Source of the DNA: Anaerolineales bacterium
GTDB lineage: Bacteria > Chloroflexota > Anaerolineae > Anaerolineales > Villigracilaceae
DNA: 64,000 nucleotides
Assembly: GCA_034411715.1 (NCBI GenBank)
Contig: DAOUMJ010000209.1
Coordinates: 11,604-75,603 of the forward strand
Reading direction: 5' to 3'
The position numbers were made by a program, and so were the translations under genes. Positions 54,457 through 63,331 of the stretch are shown here, piece after piece. Numbering within the stretch: position 1 is the stretch's first letter; every line of letters begins with the position of its first letter. Under the pieces are notes generated by a model, which worked only from the letters and a program-made list of their open reading frames with translations, was not told the DNA's origin and made no database searches.

Positions 54457-54554
54457 TCCCCCATCCCGAAACAATTTTGTCCGCCGTTGGACAACCATCG
54501 TGAGAATCGGGCAAGAGTTTTCGTTGTCGTGAGTAAGGCGCAGTTGTATAATCT
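54457..54554 (+). repeat. ~100-nt promoter-bearing cassette, copy 2 (upstream of the 246-aa gene)
   Basis: CCCCATCCCGAAACAATTTTGTCCGCCGTTGGAC...TTGTATAATCT. Confidence 0.75.
54524..54552 (+). promoter_or_regulatory. Sigma-70-like promoter for the 54591/55402 gene pair
   Basis: -35 TTGTCG (54524-54529), 17-nt spacer, -10 TATAAT (54547-54552). The ATG lies 39 nt downstream. Confidence 0.5.
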
Positions 54555-54590
54555 GAACACAAACGATTAGTCGGCTTCTGGATAAAAAAA

Positions 54591-55331
54591 ATGACTGACA
54601 ACAAAAAAGCCAGAGAACGCCTCTTCCTCGATGAATTTGCAACAATTTATCCTGCATTTCCCGCAGGGAATATTGTTCACCGCGAAAGCCCAGATTTCTT
54701 AATCGAGCAAGATACACAAGTTATCGGTATTGAGATTGTAGATTACATTAGGGGTCAAAACAAAGGCGAGTCCGAAGAACGTCGAATTGAAGTTTTATGG
54801 CAAAAAGTTGCAAATGAAGCAAAACAAAAATTTGAGGCAAAATACAATATCCCTCTTTTAGTTCATTTTCACTGGAACAAACACTACGTTCTTCGTCAGT
54901 CAGAAATATCTCAATTAGCAGACAATGCAGTTAATATCATGGAAAACTTTGTTCCGACACAGTTGTTTGAAAATGTTCGTATTGGCTCAGACGAACTTGA
55001 TGACACTTTGTTGGAAAAAGTATGTCATTCAATCACAGTCTGGAAAGTTAGGAATGAAAAACAAAGTTTGTGGTCATTTATAGGTTCGGGCTGGATTGAA
55101 GGTCAAACCAACGAAATACAATATCTTCTGGATTCGAAAGATAACAAGGTGCAGGAGTACTTGCGAGTTTGCGACAAAGTCTGGCTCATCATAGTCGCGG
55201 ACGGGCGTTATATTTCATCGAACATTGACATTTCTAGCGCGGTAGCAAACAATGCTTATAAATCTTCGTTTGAGCAAGTTTTTGTTTATGACCGCTTTAG
55301 CAAAACTGTGTTTCCATTAAGAATTCAATAA
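54591..55331 (+). CDS. Hypothetical protein (246 aa) with a possible PD-(D/E)XK-like N-terminal motif
   Basis: AT-rich ORF. 'HRESPDFLIEQDTQVIGIEIVDY' resembles a PD...E-x-(K) nuclease core, but the Lys is not obvious. Confidence 0.6.
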   Translation: MTDNKKARERLFLDEFATIYPAFPAGNIVHRESPDFLIEQDTQVIGIEIVDYIRGQNKGESEERRIEVLWQKVANEAKQKFEAKYNIPLLVHFHWNKHYVLRQSEISQLADNAVNIMENFVPTQLFENVRIGSDELDDTLLEKVCHSITVWKVRNEKQSLWSFIGSGWIEGQTNEIQYLLDSKDNKVQEYLRVCDKVWLIIVADGRYISSNIDISSAVANNAYKSSFEQVFVYDRFSKTVFPLRIQ

Positions 55332-55401
55332 GCACAAAACTGTAACCAAGAGCGCATGAGCTGTTCCCTTTTCTATCAAATTGGGCGAGAGATAAAGAGT
55401 T

Positions 55402-56583
55402 ATGAAATCGAGAGCCAATAAAAAGACGCCTAAAAAAGTTCGATTACCTCCAGTGTCATTGGGCATTACGGTGAGGGAGGATCTGCCATTTCCCGTTGTT
55501 CATTACCCAAGCCATTATGGTACTTTTATTGCCTTCGCTAAAGACGAGCAGTCACGGGCTTATCTCTGTTTATGCGCTCGTTCAGCAGTTGAAAACTATA
55601 TCAAACTTCGTCCACTACATTATCCAAATTCAACATTTGAAGGATTGTCTAATGCTCCTTTAAGTGGCGGTCAGTTTCCAAGTATTATTGCGGAAATTTC
55701 ACAGGGCATGACTTTTGAAGACGGCGTAACTGACTCTATTTTTGCTCCAAATCTATGTCACCGTTGCAACATGAAAACGCCATCCGTTCGTTGGTGTCAC
55801 GAAATGTATGGAGTTTCCTTTGTTCAGTATTATGGATGGTATATCAATCAAACTTATTTTAGGCTTGGAATTTTTCCTGGGGAATTTTCCAGCACCTTTT
55901 TGGATGAAATATGTCCTGACGAAATACAACAGGATATTATTTCCGCAAAGTTTGCAAACGAAAAATTCCGAGCAGAGGAAGCAAGAATTTATGAAATGAT
56001 TGCTAGGCCGAAGCGCGAAGATATTCCCGATGATGAAATTACATACTTTCATAATGTCAAGTTGGTGGAGGCAAAAGAGTATGCAAAATTAAGGCGTGAG
56101 GCCGCTCAATTTCGCCGAAAATTTACAAGTAAAGTTGAAAACATTGCTCGCGCTGAATTTGGGTTCAAGAAAATTGGCGAAGGTTGGGTTAATGAGACGT
56201 TACTTTACAACACAATCACACATATATATCCGAGCCAGACCATCATTAGGCATCATCGTCCTGACTGGCTCGACAGGCTAGAACTTGACATTTTTTTACC
56301 AGAGTTGAAATTGGCTTTTGAATATCAGGGGCAACAGCATTTTCATGCTATTAAGGCTTGGGGTGGCGAAAAAGCATTAATTAATTTGCAAGAACGAGAC
56401 AGAAAGAAAGCGCATTTATGTAGCCAACATGGAATTACGCTCATCCCGATAGATTATACAGAACCATTAACTGAGGGATACTTGCACCAAGTAATTTCAC
56501 AGAAAACTGACAAGGTTCGTAATGGCAATAACTCGCGACTAATCAGGACAAAAATCACCCTCTCCCACGAAGAAAAGGACTAA
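55402..56583 (+). CDS. Hypothetical protein (393 aa): Cys/His-rich N-terminal half plus a Vsr/DUF559-like endonuclease-fold C-terminus
   Basis: 'CLCARS...CHRCNMKTPSVRWCHEMYG', then 'LELDIFLPELKLAFEYQGQQHF' (the D-x-(F/Y)-x-P...E-(Y/V)-x-G..H pattern of DUF559/Vsr-like domains). Confidence 0.6.
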   Translation: MKSRANKKTPKKVRLPPVSLGITVREDLPFPVVHYPSHYGTFIAFAKDEQSRAYLCLCARSAVENYIKLRPLHYPNSTFEGLSNAPLSGGQFPSIIAEISQGMTFEDGVTDSIFAPNLCHRCNMKTPSVRWCHEMYGVSFVQYYGWYINQTYFRLGIFPGEFSSTFLDEICPDEIQQDIISAKFANEKFRAEEARIYEMIARPKREDIPDDEITYFHNVKLVEAKEYAKLRREAAQFRRKFTSKVENIARAEFGFKKIGEGWVNETLLYNTITHIYPSQTIIRHHRPDWLDRLELDIFLPELKLAFEYQGQQHFHAIKAWGGEKALINLQERDRKKAHLCSQHGITLIPIDYTEPLTEGYLHQVISQKTDKVRNGNNSRLIRTKITLSHEEKD

Positions 56584-56641
56584 CGCAGAACCCCCCGAGG
56601 GGCGATAATAGCCTTGTGTCCGTCATTGCGAGCGAGGCCCC

Positions 56642-58354
56642 ATGACCAACAAAAAAATCGTCCACACCCCCATCCAACCCGAAATCCTGCAACTGGCCGC
56701 CGAGCACGGGAACAGTCCCGAAGCCGTCCTCGAAGTCCTGAGCGACATCCAGGCGCGGCACGGCGGTCTCTCGCGCCAGCGCATCACCGATGCCGCCCGC
56801 GCCCTCGGCCTGCCCGCCAGCCGCGCCTACGGCATCGCCACCTTCTACTCCATGCTCTCGCTCGACGAACGCCGCGCCGTTCTGCGCGTCTGCGATGGAC
56901 CCGTCTGCTGGCTCAAGCGCGCCTCGGTGGACGCGTGGAAAAAGAAAATGCCCGCCGACGATTGGACGGTGGAGCGTACTTCCTGTTTGGGACTCTGCGA
57001 CCGCGCCCCCGCCGTCCTCGTCAACGACGATCAGGCTGGACCCGCCAGCGGGCGCGACGCAACGCGCGTGACGCGCGGCTGGCGCGGCCAACCGACAGAT
57101 TACTCCAAGCCTCGACGCGGCGAACTGCGCGTGATGACCGAACTGATCAGCAAGATCAATCCCGATTCGATTGACGACGCGCTCGCGCATGGCGTGTACG
57201 GCGGAATTAATTCCGCCCTGCAAAAATCACCCGAGGAAGTGATCGCCATCGTCGAGGCGAGCGGACTGCAAGGACGCGGCGGCGCGGGATTCCCCGTCGG
57301 TCGAAAATGGAAATTCGTCGCCGCGGAAAAACGGACGCCGCGTTACATCATCTGCAACGCGGACGAGAGCGAGCCGCTGATCTTCAAAGACCGCGTACTG
57401 ATTGACACGAACCCGCATCAACTGCTGGAGGGCATCGCGATTGCGGGCTACGCCTGCGGCGCGGCGGAGGCGTGGATCTACATTCGAGGGGAATACGAGA
57501 GCCAGACGCGGCGGTTGGAAAACGCGATCAAGCAAGCCGAAGCGAAAAACCTGCTCGGCGAAAATATTTTGGGAAGCGGATTTAGTTTTAAGATTCACGC
57601 GCATCGCGGCGCGGGCGCGTATATTTGCGGAGAGGAGACCGCGCTGATCGAGTCGCTCGAAGGCAAGCGCGGCGAACCGAGGCTGAGGCCGCCATTCCCG
57701 CCCGCCTACGGATTCCGCGGCCAACCAACCGCCGTCAACAACGTGGAGTCATTTTGCGCCGCGACGCATATTTTGAAAAACGGCGCGGATTGGTGGAAGT
57801 CGCTGACGGGTTACCCCGTGGCTGGAACGAAAATTTACATGGTTCTCGGACACGTCAAGAACCCTGGGCTGTTCGAAGCGCCGTTCGGGTTGACGTTGCG
57901 CGATGTCATCAAGATGGGCGGCGGGATGGCGGAAGGCTCGAAGTTCCAGTTTGCGCTGTGCGGCGGCGCGGCAGGGACGATTGTGGACAAGTCGTTGATG
58001 GACGTGCCACTGGATTACTCGTCCACGCAAAAGGGAATCTCCATCGGCGCGGGCGCGTTTTTGATCTGCGATCAGAGTGTCTCACTCGTCGCATTCCTGC
58101 GTGAGTTGCTGCGCTTCTTCGCGGCGGAGAGTTGCGGAAAGTGTACACCCTGCCGCGTCGGGACGTGGCGCTCGCTGGAGATTCTCAATCGCATGGCCGC
58201 GGGCGAAGGTCACGCGGGAGATGTGGACGTATTGAAATCCCTCTCCGCGCTCATGCTCGATTCGTCGTTCTGCGGATTGGGACAGTCCGTGCCGATACCG
58301 ATGAATTCGGCGATGGCTAATTTTGGAAAAGAGTTTGAGAAGATGGAGAAGTAG
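56642..58354 (+). CDS. NuoE-NuoF-like fusion (NAD(P)H-binding FMN/FeS subunit of a soluble formate dehydrogenase/hydrogenase-type complex)
   Basis: NuoE-like 'AYGIATFYSMLS...VCDGPVCW'. NuoF-like 'GLQGRGGAGFPVGRKWKF', 'YICGEETALIESLEG', 'ESCGKCTPCRVGT'. Confidence 0.88.
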   Translation: MTNKKIVHTPIQPEILQLAAEHGNSPEAVLEVLSDIQARHGGLSRQRITDAARALGLPASRAYGIATFYSMLSLDERRAVLRVCDGPVCWLKRASVDAWKKKMPADDWTVERTSCLGLCDRAPAVLVNDDQAGPASGRDATRVTRGWRGQPTDYSKPRRGELRVMTELISKINPDSIDDALAHGVYGGINSALQKSPEEVIAIVEASGLQGRGGAGFPVGRKWKFVAAEKRTPRYIICNADESEPLIFKDRVLIDTNPHQLLEGIAIAGYACGAAEAWIYIRGEYESQTRRLENAIKQAEAKNLLGENILGSGFSFKIHAHRGAGAYICGEETALIESLEGKRGEPRLRPPFPPAYGFRGQPTAVNNVESFCAATHILKNGADWWKSLTGYPVAGTKIYMVLGHVKNPGLFEAPFGLTLRDVIKMGGGMAEGSKFQFALCGGAAGTIVDKSLMDVPLDYSSTQKGISIGAGAFLICDQSVSLVAFLRELLRFFAAESCGKCTPCRVGTWRSLEILNRMAAGEGHAGDVDVLKSLSALMLDSSFCGLGQSVPIPMNSAMANFGKEFEKMEK

Positions 58355-58382
58355 ACAGGTACACAAGTACACAGGTACACAC
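58351..58382. repeat. GTACACAG-family half element overlapping the nuoEF-like stop codon
   Basis: GTAGACAGGTACACAAGTACACAGGTACACAC. Confidence 0.75.
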
Positions 58383-58386
58383 GGCC

Positions 58387-58438
58387 AGTACCGCAACATT
58401 CATGTTGCTTCTCGTGGCAAGATAAATCTTGCGGTACT
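58387..58438. repeat. ~52-nt double-hairpin element, copy B (reverse complement of copy A with a different central spacer)
   Basis: AGTACCG-CAACATTCATGTTG-CTTCTCGTGG-CAAGATAAATCTTG-CGGTACT. Confidence 0.8.
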
Positions 58439-58677
58439 AATACCCGCGAGCGACGCGGCGCAACGCGATCCGTCGGGGATGAATTCCCCGCCTCAGCACG
58501 TGAAAGTCGGATGAATCCGACTCGGCGCTCTCGCGGCCAGTCCGAAGGACTTTCACGTACTGAGCAGGCGGCTTTCGCGAAGCACCCTTTAGGGTAGCCC
58601 CGCGAGCCTGCGAACACGGAAGAACAAAAATCGGGAGGACAAGCCTCCCGACCCAGAACCTTGAAAACCGATAGCAT

Positions 58678-58968
58678 TTACGCCGCGAGCGGCGCGGGCA
58701 GGATGGTCGGGGTCCATTCGATTTGTTGAACCATTCGCTTCTCCATACGGATGTAAACGAATGGCGCATCCTCGGGCGGTTTCGGCGAGGATTTCACCAT
58801 CTCGATGTTGGCGCGGTTGAATTCCTCATCCTCTGGATCGAGCAGAACGATGACGGCACGCTCTGGCAAATCATCGAGAATATCAGGATGAGTGAAAATG
58901 TAATGGTTGAACTGTTCCATGAGTTCAAACACTTTATCGGCTACAACTTTAGGATTTAGTTTGTCCAT
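58678..58968 (-). CDS. Small hypothetical protein (96 aa)
   Basis: AT-richer ORF that overlaps the upstream small ORF by 13 nt. No assignable motif. Confidence 0.45.
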   Translation of the reverse strand: MDKLNPKVVADKVFELMEQFNHYIFTHPDILDDLPERAVIVLLDPEDEEFNRANIEMVKSSPKPPEDAPFVYIRMEKRMVQQIEWTPTILPAPLAA

Positions 58969-59270
58969 TCTCTATACCTTTCTGCATAGAACTCATAATT
59001 CACACGAAAATCTCGAATGGCAAAGTTGAAAGCATCCTCGTAGTTTGGAAACACCATCGGCAATGTTTTTATCTGTTCGCCGTTTGGTTGAAGATCGTCG
59101 CGATGAACAAAGCCGTGAGAAGTATCGTAGCGAGAAATTGGCGTCCAATCATCGTTCCAGTAGATTTCCAACTGAACCACGAACCAAAGGAAGTGTCCAC
59201 GGTCTTTGAGGTAACGAACCCGAATACGCACCAGAACGCCAGGATATTGAAAGTATTCTCGCTCGTTCAT
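58956..59270 (-). CDS. Small hypothetical protein (104 aa)
   Basis: AT-richer ORF, first gene of an overlapping pair on the strand opposite to the flanking FDH genes. Confidence 0.45.
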   Translation of the reverse strand: MNEREYFQYPGVLVRIRVRYLKDRGHFLWFVVQLEIYWNDDWTPISRYDTSHGFVHRDDLQPNGEQIKTLPMVFPNYEDAFNFAIRDFRVNYEFYAERYREWTN

Positions 59271-59327
59271 CCTGGCAAAATGCTATCACAACTTGGATAA
59301 ACCTACAAGCAAGGCTCCTGCCCCCAT

Positions 59328-59440
59328 CCGACGCTAGAGAGCGTCTCCTACGCGTCATCGCGTAACGGACGTTCTCTAGTCCCGTTCGACGCCAGAGAGC
59401 GTCTCCTACGCTCGGCGCGTAACGGACGTTCTCTAACGTC
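59328..59440. repeat. Two tandem ~55-nt palindromic units upstream of fdhA
   Basis: Unit: CGACGC[T/C]AGAGAGCGTCTCCTACGC-(6 nt)-GCGTAACGGACGTTCTCTA[G/A]. Units at 59328-59381 and 59387-59440. A partial copy lies at 14501-14526. Confidence 0.85.
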
Positions 59441-59490
59441 CGCCAGACACAATTACCAATCACTAATTACCAATTACCCCCGAGGTGATC

Positions 59491-62298
59491 ATGACAATCA
59501 GCCTAACCATCAACGGACAAAAAATCGAAGCCCAGCCTAGTCAAACCATCCTCGATGTGGCGCGCTCGAACGGCGTTGACATCCCGACCCTCTGCTATCA
59601 CAAAGACCTGTCCCCCACTGGCAACTGCCGAATGTGCGTGGTCGAGGTCAAGGGCGGACGATTCCTGTCCGCCGCGTGTGTGACTTCGGTGTGGGAGGGG
59701 ATGGAAATCCAGACGCACAGCGAAAAAGTGGTCAAAGATCGCAAACTGACGCTGGAACTCATGCTGGCAAATCACCCGCAGGATTGCATCACCTGTGACG
59801 TGAGCGGCGAGTGCGAGTTGCAGGATTTGGCCTACGAACACAAGGTTGTCGTTCCGAGTTGGGGGACGAAAGGGACGCGCTATCCTGTTGACAGCGACCC
59901 GAATCCCTTCATCCGCGTGGACATGAACCGCTGTATCCTGTGCCGTCGCTGCGTGCTGGCCTGCGGCGAGATTCAAGTGCGGGATGTTTGGGGTGTCGCC
60001 AAGCGCGGCTTCGAGGAGATCATCGTTGCGGGAGCGGGGACTTCCATGCTCGAAGCGCGCTGCGAGTCCTGCGGGCAGTGCGTGGCGTACTGTCCGACGG
60101 GCGCGCTATCGAACAAGATGAACTACGGGGTGGCGCGCGCGCATCAGGTCGGGAAAGTGACGACGACCTGTTCGTATTGCGGCGTCGGCTGTCAGTTTGA
60201 TTTATTGGTGAAAAATAACAAGGTGATTGGCGTTCAGTCCAATCCCAATGCGCCAGTAAATGGAATGGCACTCTGCGTCAAAGGACGTTACGGTTACGAC
60301 TATATCCACCACCCCGACAGACTCTTGAAACCCAAAGTCCGCCGCTATTTACTCGACGGCGATTCAAAGCCAATCGTAAATCGTAAATCTGAAATCCAAA
60401 ATCCAAAATGGGACTGGGTTGAGACAGATTGGGAAACCGCGCTCGGCATCACTGCTCGAAAATTAGTGGAGACACGCGAAAAACACGGCGCGGACAGCGT
60501 CGGCATATTGACTTCGGCGAAGTGTTTGAACGAAGAAAACTACCTGATGAACAAACTGGCGCGGCAGGTCTTGGGGACGAACAACATAGACCACTGCGCC
60601 CGTCTCTGACACTCCAGCACGGTGGCCGGTCTGGCCGCCTCCTTCGGTTCGGGCGCGATGTCCAACAGCATGGACGACGTGGCTGCGCAAGCAAAAGCCT
60701 TCTTCATCATTGGCTCCAACACCACGGAACAGCATCCCGTCTTCGGGACGATGCTCCGCCGCGCGGTTCGCTTCCGCGGCGCGAAACTGGTGGTAGCCGA
60801 TCCGCGTCGCATTGACATCACCGACTTCGCCACGCTTCACCTCCGTCACAAACCCGGCACGGACATCGCCCTCGTCAACGGGCTGATGTACATCATCCTC
60901 GAAAAAGGCTGGGAGGACAAAGCCTTCATCGAGGAGCGCTGCGAGAACTTCGACGAGTTCAAAGCCACGGTGATGAACTACCAGCCCGAGAAAGCCAGCG
61001 AGATCACGGGCATTCCCGTGGAGCAACTTTATCAAGCCGCCGAAATCATCTCGCAAAACAAGCCCAGCGCGGTGATATGGGCGATGGGAATCACCCAACA
61101 CATTTCGGGCGTCCGCAACGTGATGGACCTCGCCAACCTGCAAATGCTGCTCGGAAACATGGGCAAAGCGGGCGGAGGCGTCAACCCGTTGCGCGGACAA
61201 AACAACGTTCAGGGCGCGTGCGATATGGGCGGATTGCCGAATGTCTATCCTGCCTACCAACCCGTCACCAGCGAGGAAGTCCGCGAGAAATTTGTCAAAG
61301 CCTGGGGCGCGACCAGTTCCACAAAAGTCGGCGCGGTTGTCACCGAAATGATCCCTGGCATTCTCGAAGGCAAGACCCACGCGCTTTACATCCTCGGCGA
61401 AGACCCCGTGATGTCCGATCCCGATACGAACCACATCCGCAAGTGTCTCGAAGCGATTGACTTCCTCGTCTTGCAGGAAATCTTCCCCTCTGAGACCTCG
61501 GCTTACGCGGACGTTCTCCTGCCTGGCGTTTCCTTCGCCGAAAAGACGGGGACGTTCACCAATACCGAGCGGCGGGTTCAGATGGTTCGTCAAGCGATTC
61601 CCCCTCTCGGCGACGCGCGTGACGATTGGTGGATCACGGCTGAAATTGCAAAACGCGTCATCCAATTCAGAATTCAGAATTCAGAATTCAGAATTGATCC
61701 GGAAGCGCCGTGGGCGAAGTGGGATTACAAAGACACATCCGCCATCATGGACGAGATCAACGCGCTGACCCCCTCCTACGCTGGCATCACGCACGCCCGT
61801 CTCGAAAAGGGCGAGCGATTGCAATGGCCTTGCCCAACGACAGACCATCCTGGCACGCCGATCCTGCACACGAAACAATTCACGCGTGGAAAGGGCAAGT
61901 TCATGCCGATTGACCACGTCCCGCCTGCGGAAGAGCCGACGGAGGAGTATCCGTTCGTTTTGTCCACGGGACGCGTTCTCTACCACTGGCACGGCGGAGG
62001 AATGACGCGCCGCGCGGCAGGCCTGATGCAAGTCTACGACGAGGCGCTGGTGGAGTTGAATCCCGACGACGCGGCGCGGCTGGGGGTCAATGGCAAGAAG
62101 CGGGTGCGTGTCACGTCGCGGCGCGGCAACATCGAAGTTCAGGCATGGATCACGGATCGAGTCCCGCCGGGAATGGTCTACGCCAACTTCCACTTCCCCG
62201 AAGCCTCCGCCAACGAGCTGACCATCGCCGCGCTCGATCCCGTTTCGAAGATTCCTTCGTACAAGGTCGCGGCGGTAAAAGTTGAGTTGGCAAAATAA
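59491..62298 (+). CDS. fdhA: Formate dehydrogenase catalytic subunit (NuoG-like FeS N-terminus plus molybdopterin domain) with selenocysteine at UGA 60607-60609. The ORF track splits it into 59485..60609 and 60622..62298.
   Basis: Both track ORFs are in one frame. The read-through gives '[30 protein letters not shown]' (compare E. coli FdhF 'CARV-U-HGPSVAGL'). 2Fe-2S 'CYHKDLSPTGNCRMC'. 4Fe-4S motifs. C-terminal 'PPGMVYANFHF'. Confidence 0.9.
60372..60408. repeat. AATCGTA/AATCCAA heptamer tract inside fdhA
   Basis: AATCGTA AATCGTA AATCTGA AATCCAA AATCCAA AA. Translates to 'IVNRKSEIQNPK'. Confidence 0.85.
60621..60639 (+). promoter_or_regulatory. Candidate SECIS hairpin for fdhA UGA
   Basis: GGTGGCC [GGTCT] GGCCGCC, a 7-bp stem (one G-U pair) starting 12 nt after the UGA, with GGU in the loop. 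Confidence 0.6.
61664..61696. repeat. (AATTCAG)x4.7 heptamer tract inside fdhA
   Basis: AATTCAGAATTCAGAATTCAGAATTCAGAATTG. Translates to 'IQFRIQNSEFRID'. Confidence 0.9.
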
Positions 62299-62361
62299 TG
62301 CGCCAAAGGCTCGAATTTTTGCTATACTGGAATCAACCCAAACGCCAAAAGGAGAGCAGAC

Positions 62362-62808
62362 ATGACCACCGTTCGACAACTACTTGAGGAGAAGGAGCAA
62401 ACGGGCTACATCTCGGTCGCGTCCACAGACACTATCCTGCAAGCGCTCAAAGTGATGTCCGAGAAAAGAATCGGATCGGTGATGGTGACAGAGGGAGGAA
62501 AAATCGTGGGCATCTACACCGAGCGCGATTACCTCCACAAAGGCGAGCTCGAAGGCCGCGTCGCGAAGGATACGCTCATCAAGGATGTGATGACGCCGCG
62601 CATGGTCACGGTGACGCGGGATACGTCGGTGGAGGAATGTTCCGCGCTAATGAAGGAACATCACATCCGCCACCTGCCCGTGGTGGAGAACGACCAACTC
62701 ATCGGCCTGGTTTCCATGCGCGACGTGCTGGTTGCCGCGCTCGAAGACCGCGAGAGCGAGATCCGCGGCCTGGAGAATTTCATCACGGGTTCGGGGTTTC
62801 AGTCGTAG
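62362..62808 (+). CDS. CBS-domain pair protein
   Basis: 148 aa. 'ILQALKVMSEKRIGSVMVTEGGKIVGIYTERD' and 'ECSALMKEHHIRHLPVVENDQLIGLVSMRD'. AAGGAG lies upstream. Confidence 0.8.
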   Translation: MTTVRQLLEEKEQTGYISVASTDTILQALKVMSEKRIGSVMVTEGGKIVGIYTERDYLHKGELEGRVAKDTLIKDVMTPRMVTVTRDTSVEECSALMKEHHIRHLPVVENDQLIGLVSMRDVLVAALEDRESEIRGLENFITGSGFQS

Positions 62809-62945
62809 GAAAAGCAGGACGATCTGGTAATCGCAAGCGGTTTGCCGAGTTGGAAAATGGGAATACCTTGCGCCCAGCAGGAGTGAACTTTTTTTGCAGG
62901 AAAATCCTGTCGCTTTCCACCCAACCACCGAAAGGAGGCGCCGCC

Positions 62946-63197
62946 ATGTCCGAAGTGGAAATTGGAAAAGTCACGCACTACTTCGATCACATCAGCGTGG
63001 CCGTGCTTGCGCTCACCAGTCCGCTCAAGGTGGGCGAGACGATCCACATTCACGGTCACTCCACCGACTTCACCCAAACCGTGGCCTCGCTGCAGATCGA
63101 GCATCAGCCCGTCCAATCCGCGAAAGAGGGGGATGACGTTGCGCTCAAAGTGGAACACAAGGCGCATCCGCACGACAAGGTGTTCAGGGTCGAATAG
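62946..63197 (+). CDS. Small beta-barrel protein (EF-Tu domain-2-like), 83 aa
   Basis: Start at ATG 62946 after AAGGAGG. 'IGKVTHYFDHISVAVLALTSPLKVGETIHIHG...AKEGDDVALKV'. Confidence 0.55.
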   Translation: MSEVEIGKVTHYFDHISVAVLALTSPLKVGETIHIHGHSTDFTQTVASLQIEHQPVQSAKEGDDVALKVEHKAHPHDKVFRVE

Positions 63198-63331
63198 TCC
63201 GCGCCTGTCGCGTCCGTGCGGGAGAGAGGGGATGATTTCGCGTGCCTGTAATTCATCAACCGCTGAGTTCGCGGAGAAATCACAACGAATATTCTCTGCG
63301 CTCTCCGCGTACTCTGCGGTAAAATTAAGAT

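Noticed and set aside
59485-62298. fdhA as a split or pseudogenised gene (two ORFs in the track).
   Set aside because: A single in-frame TGA falls at the canonical Sec position of formate dehydrogenases, with a downstream hairpin.
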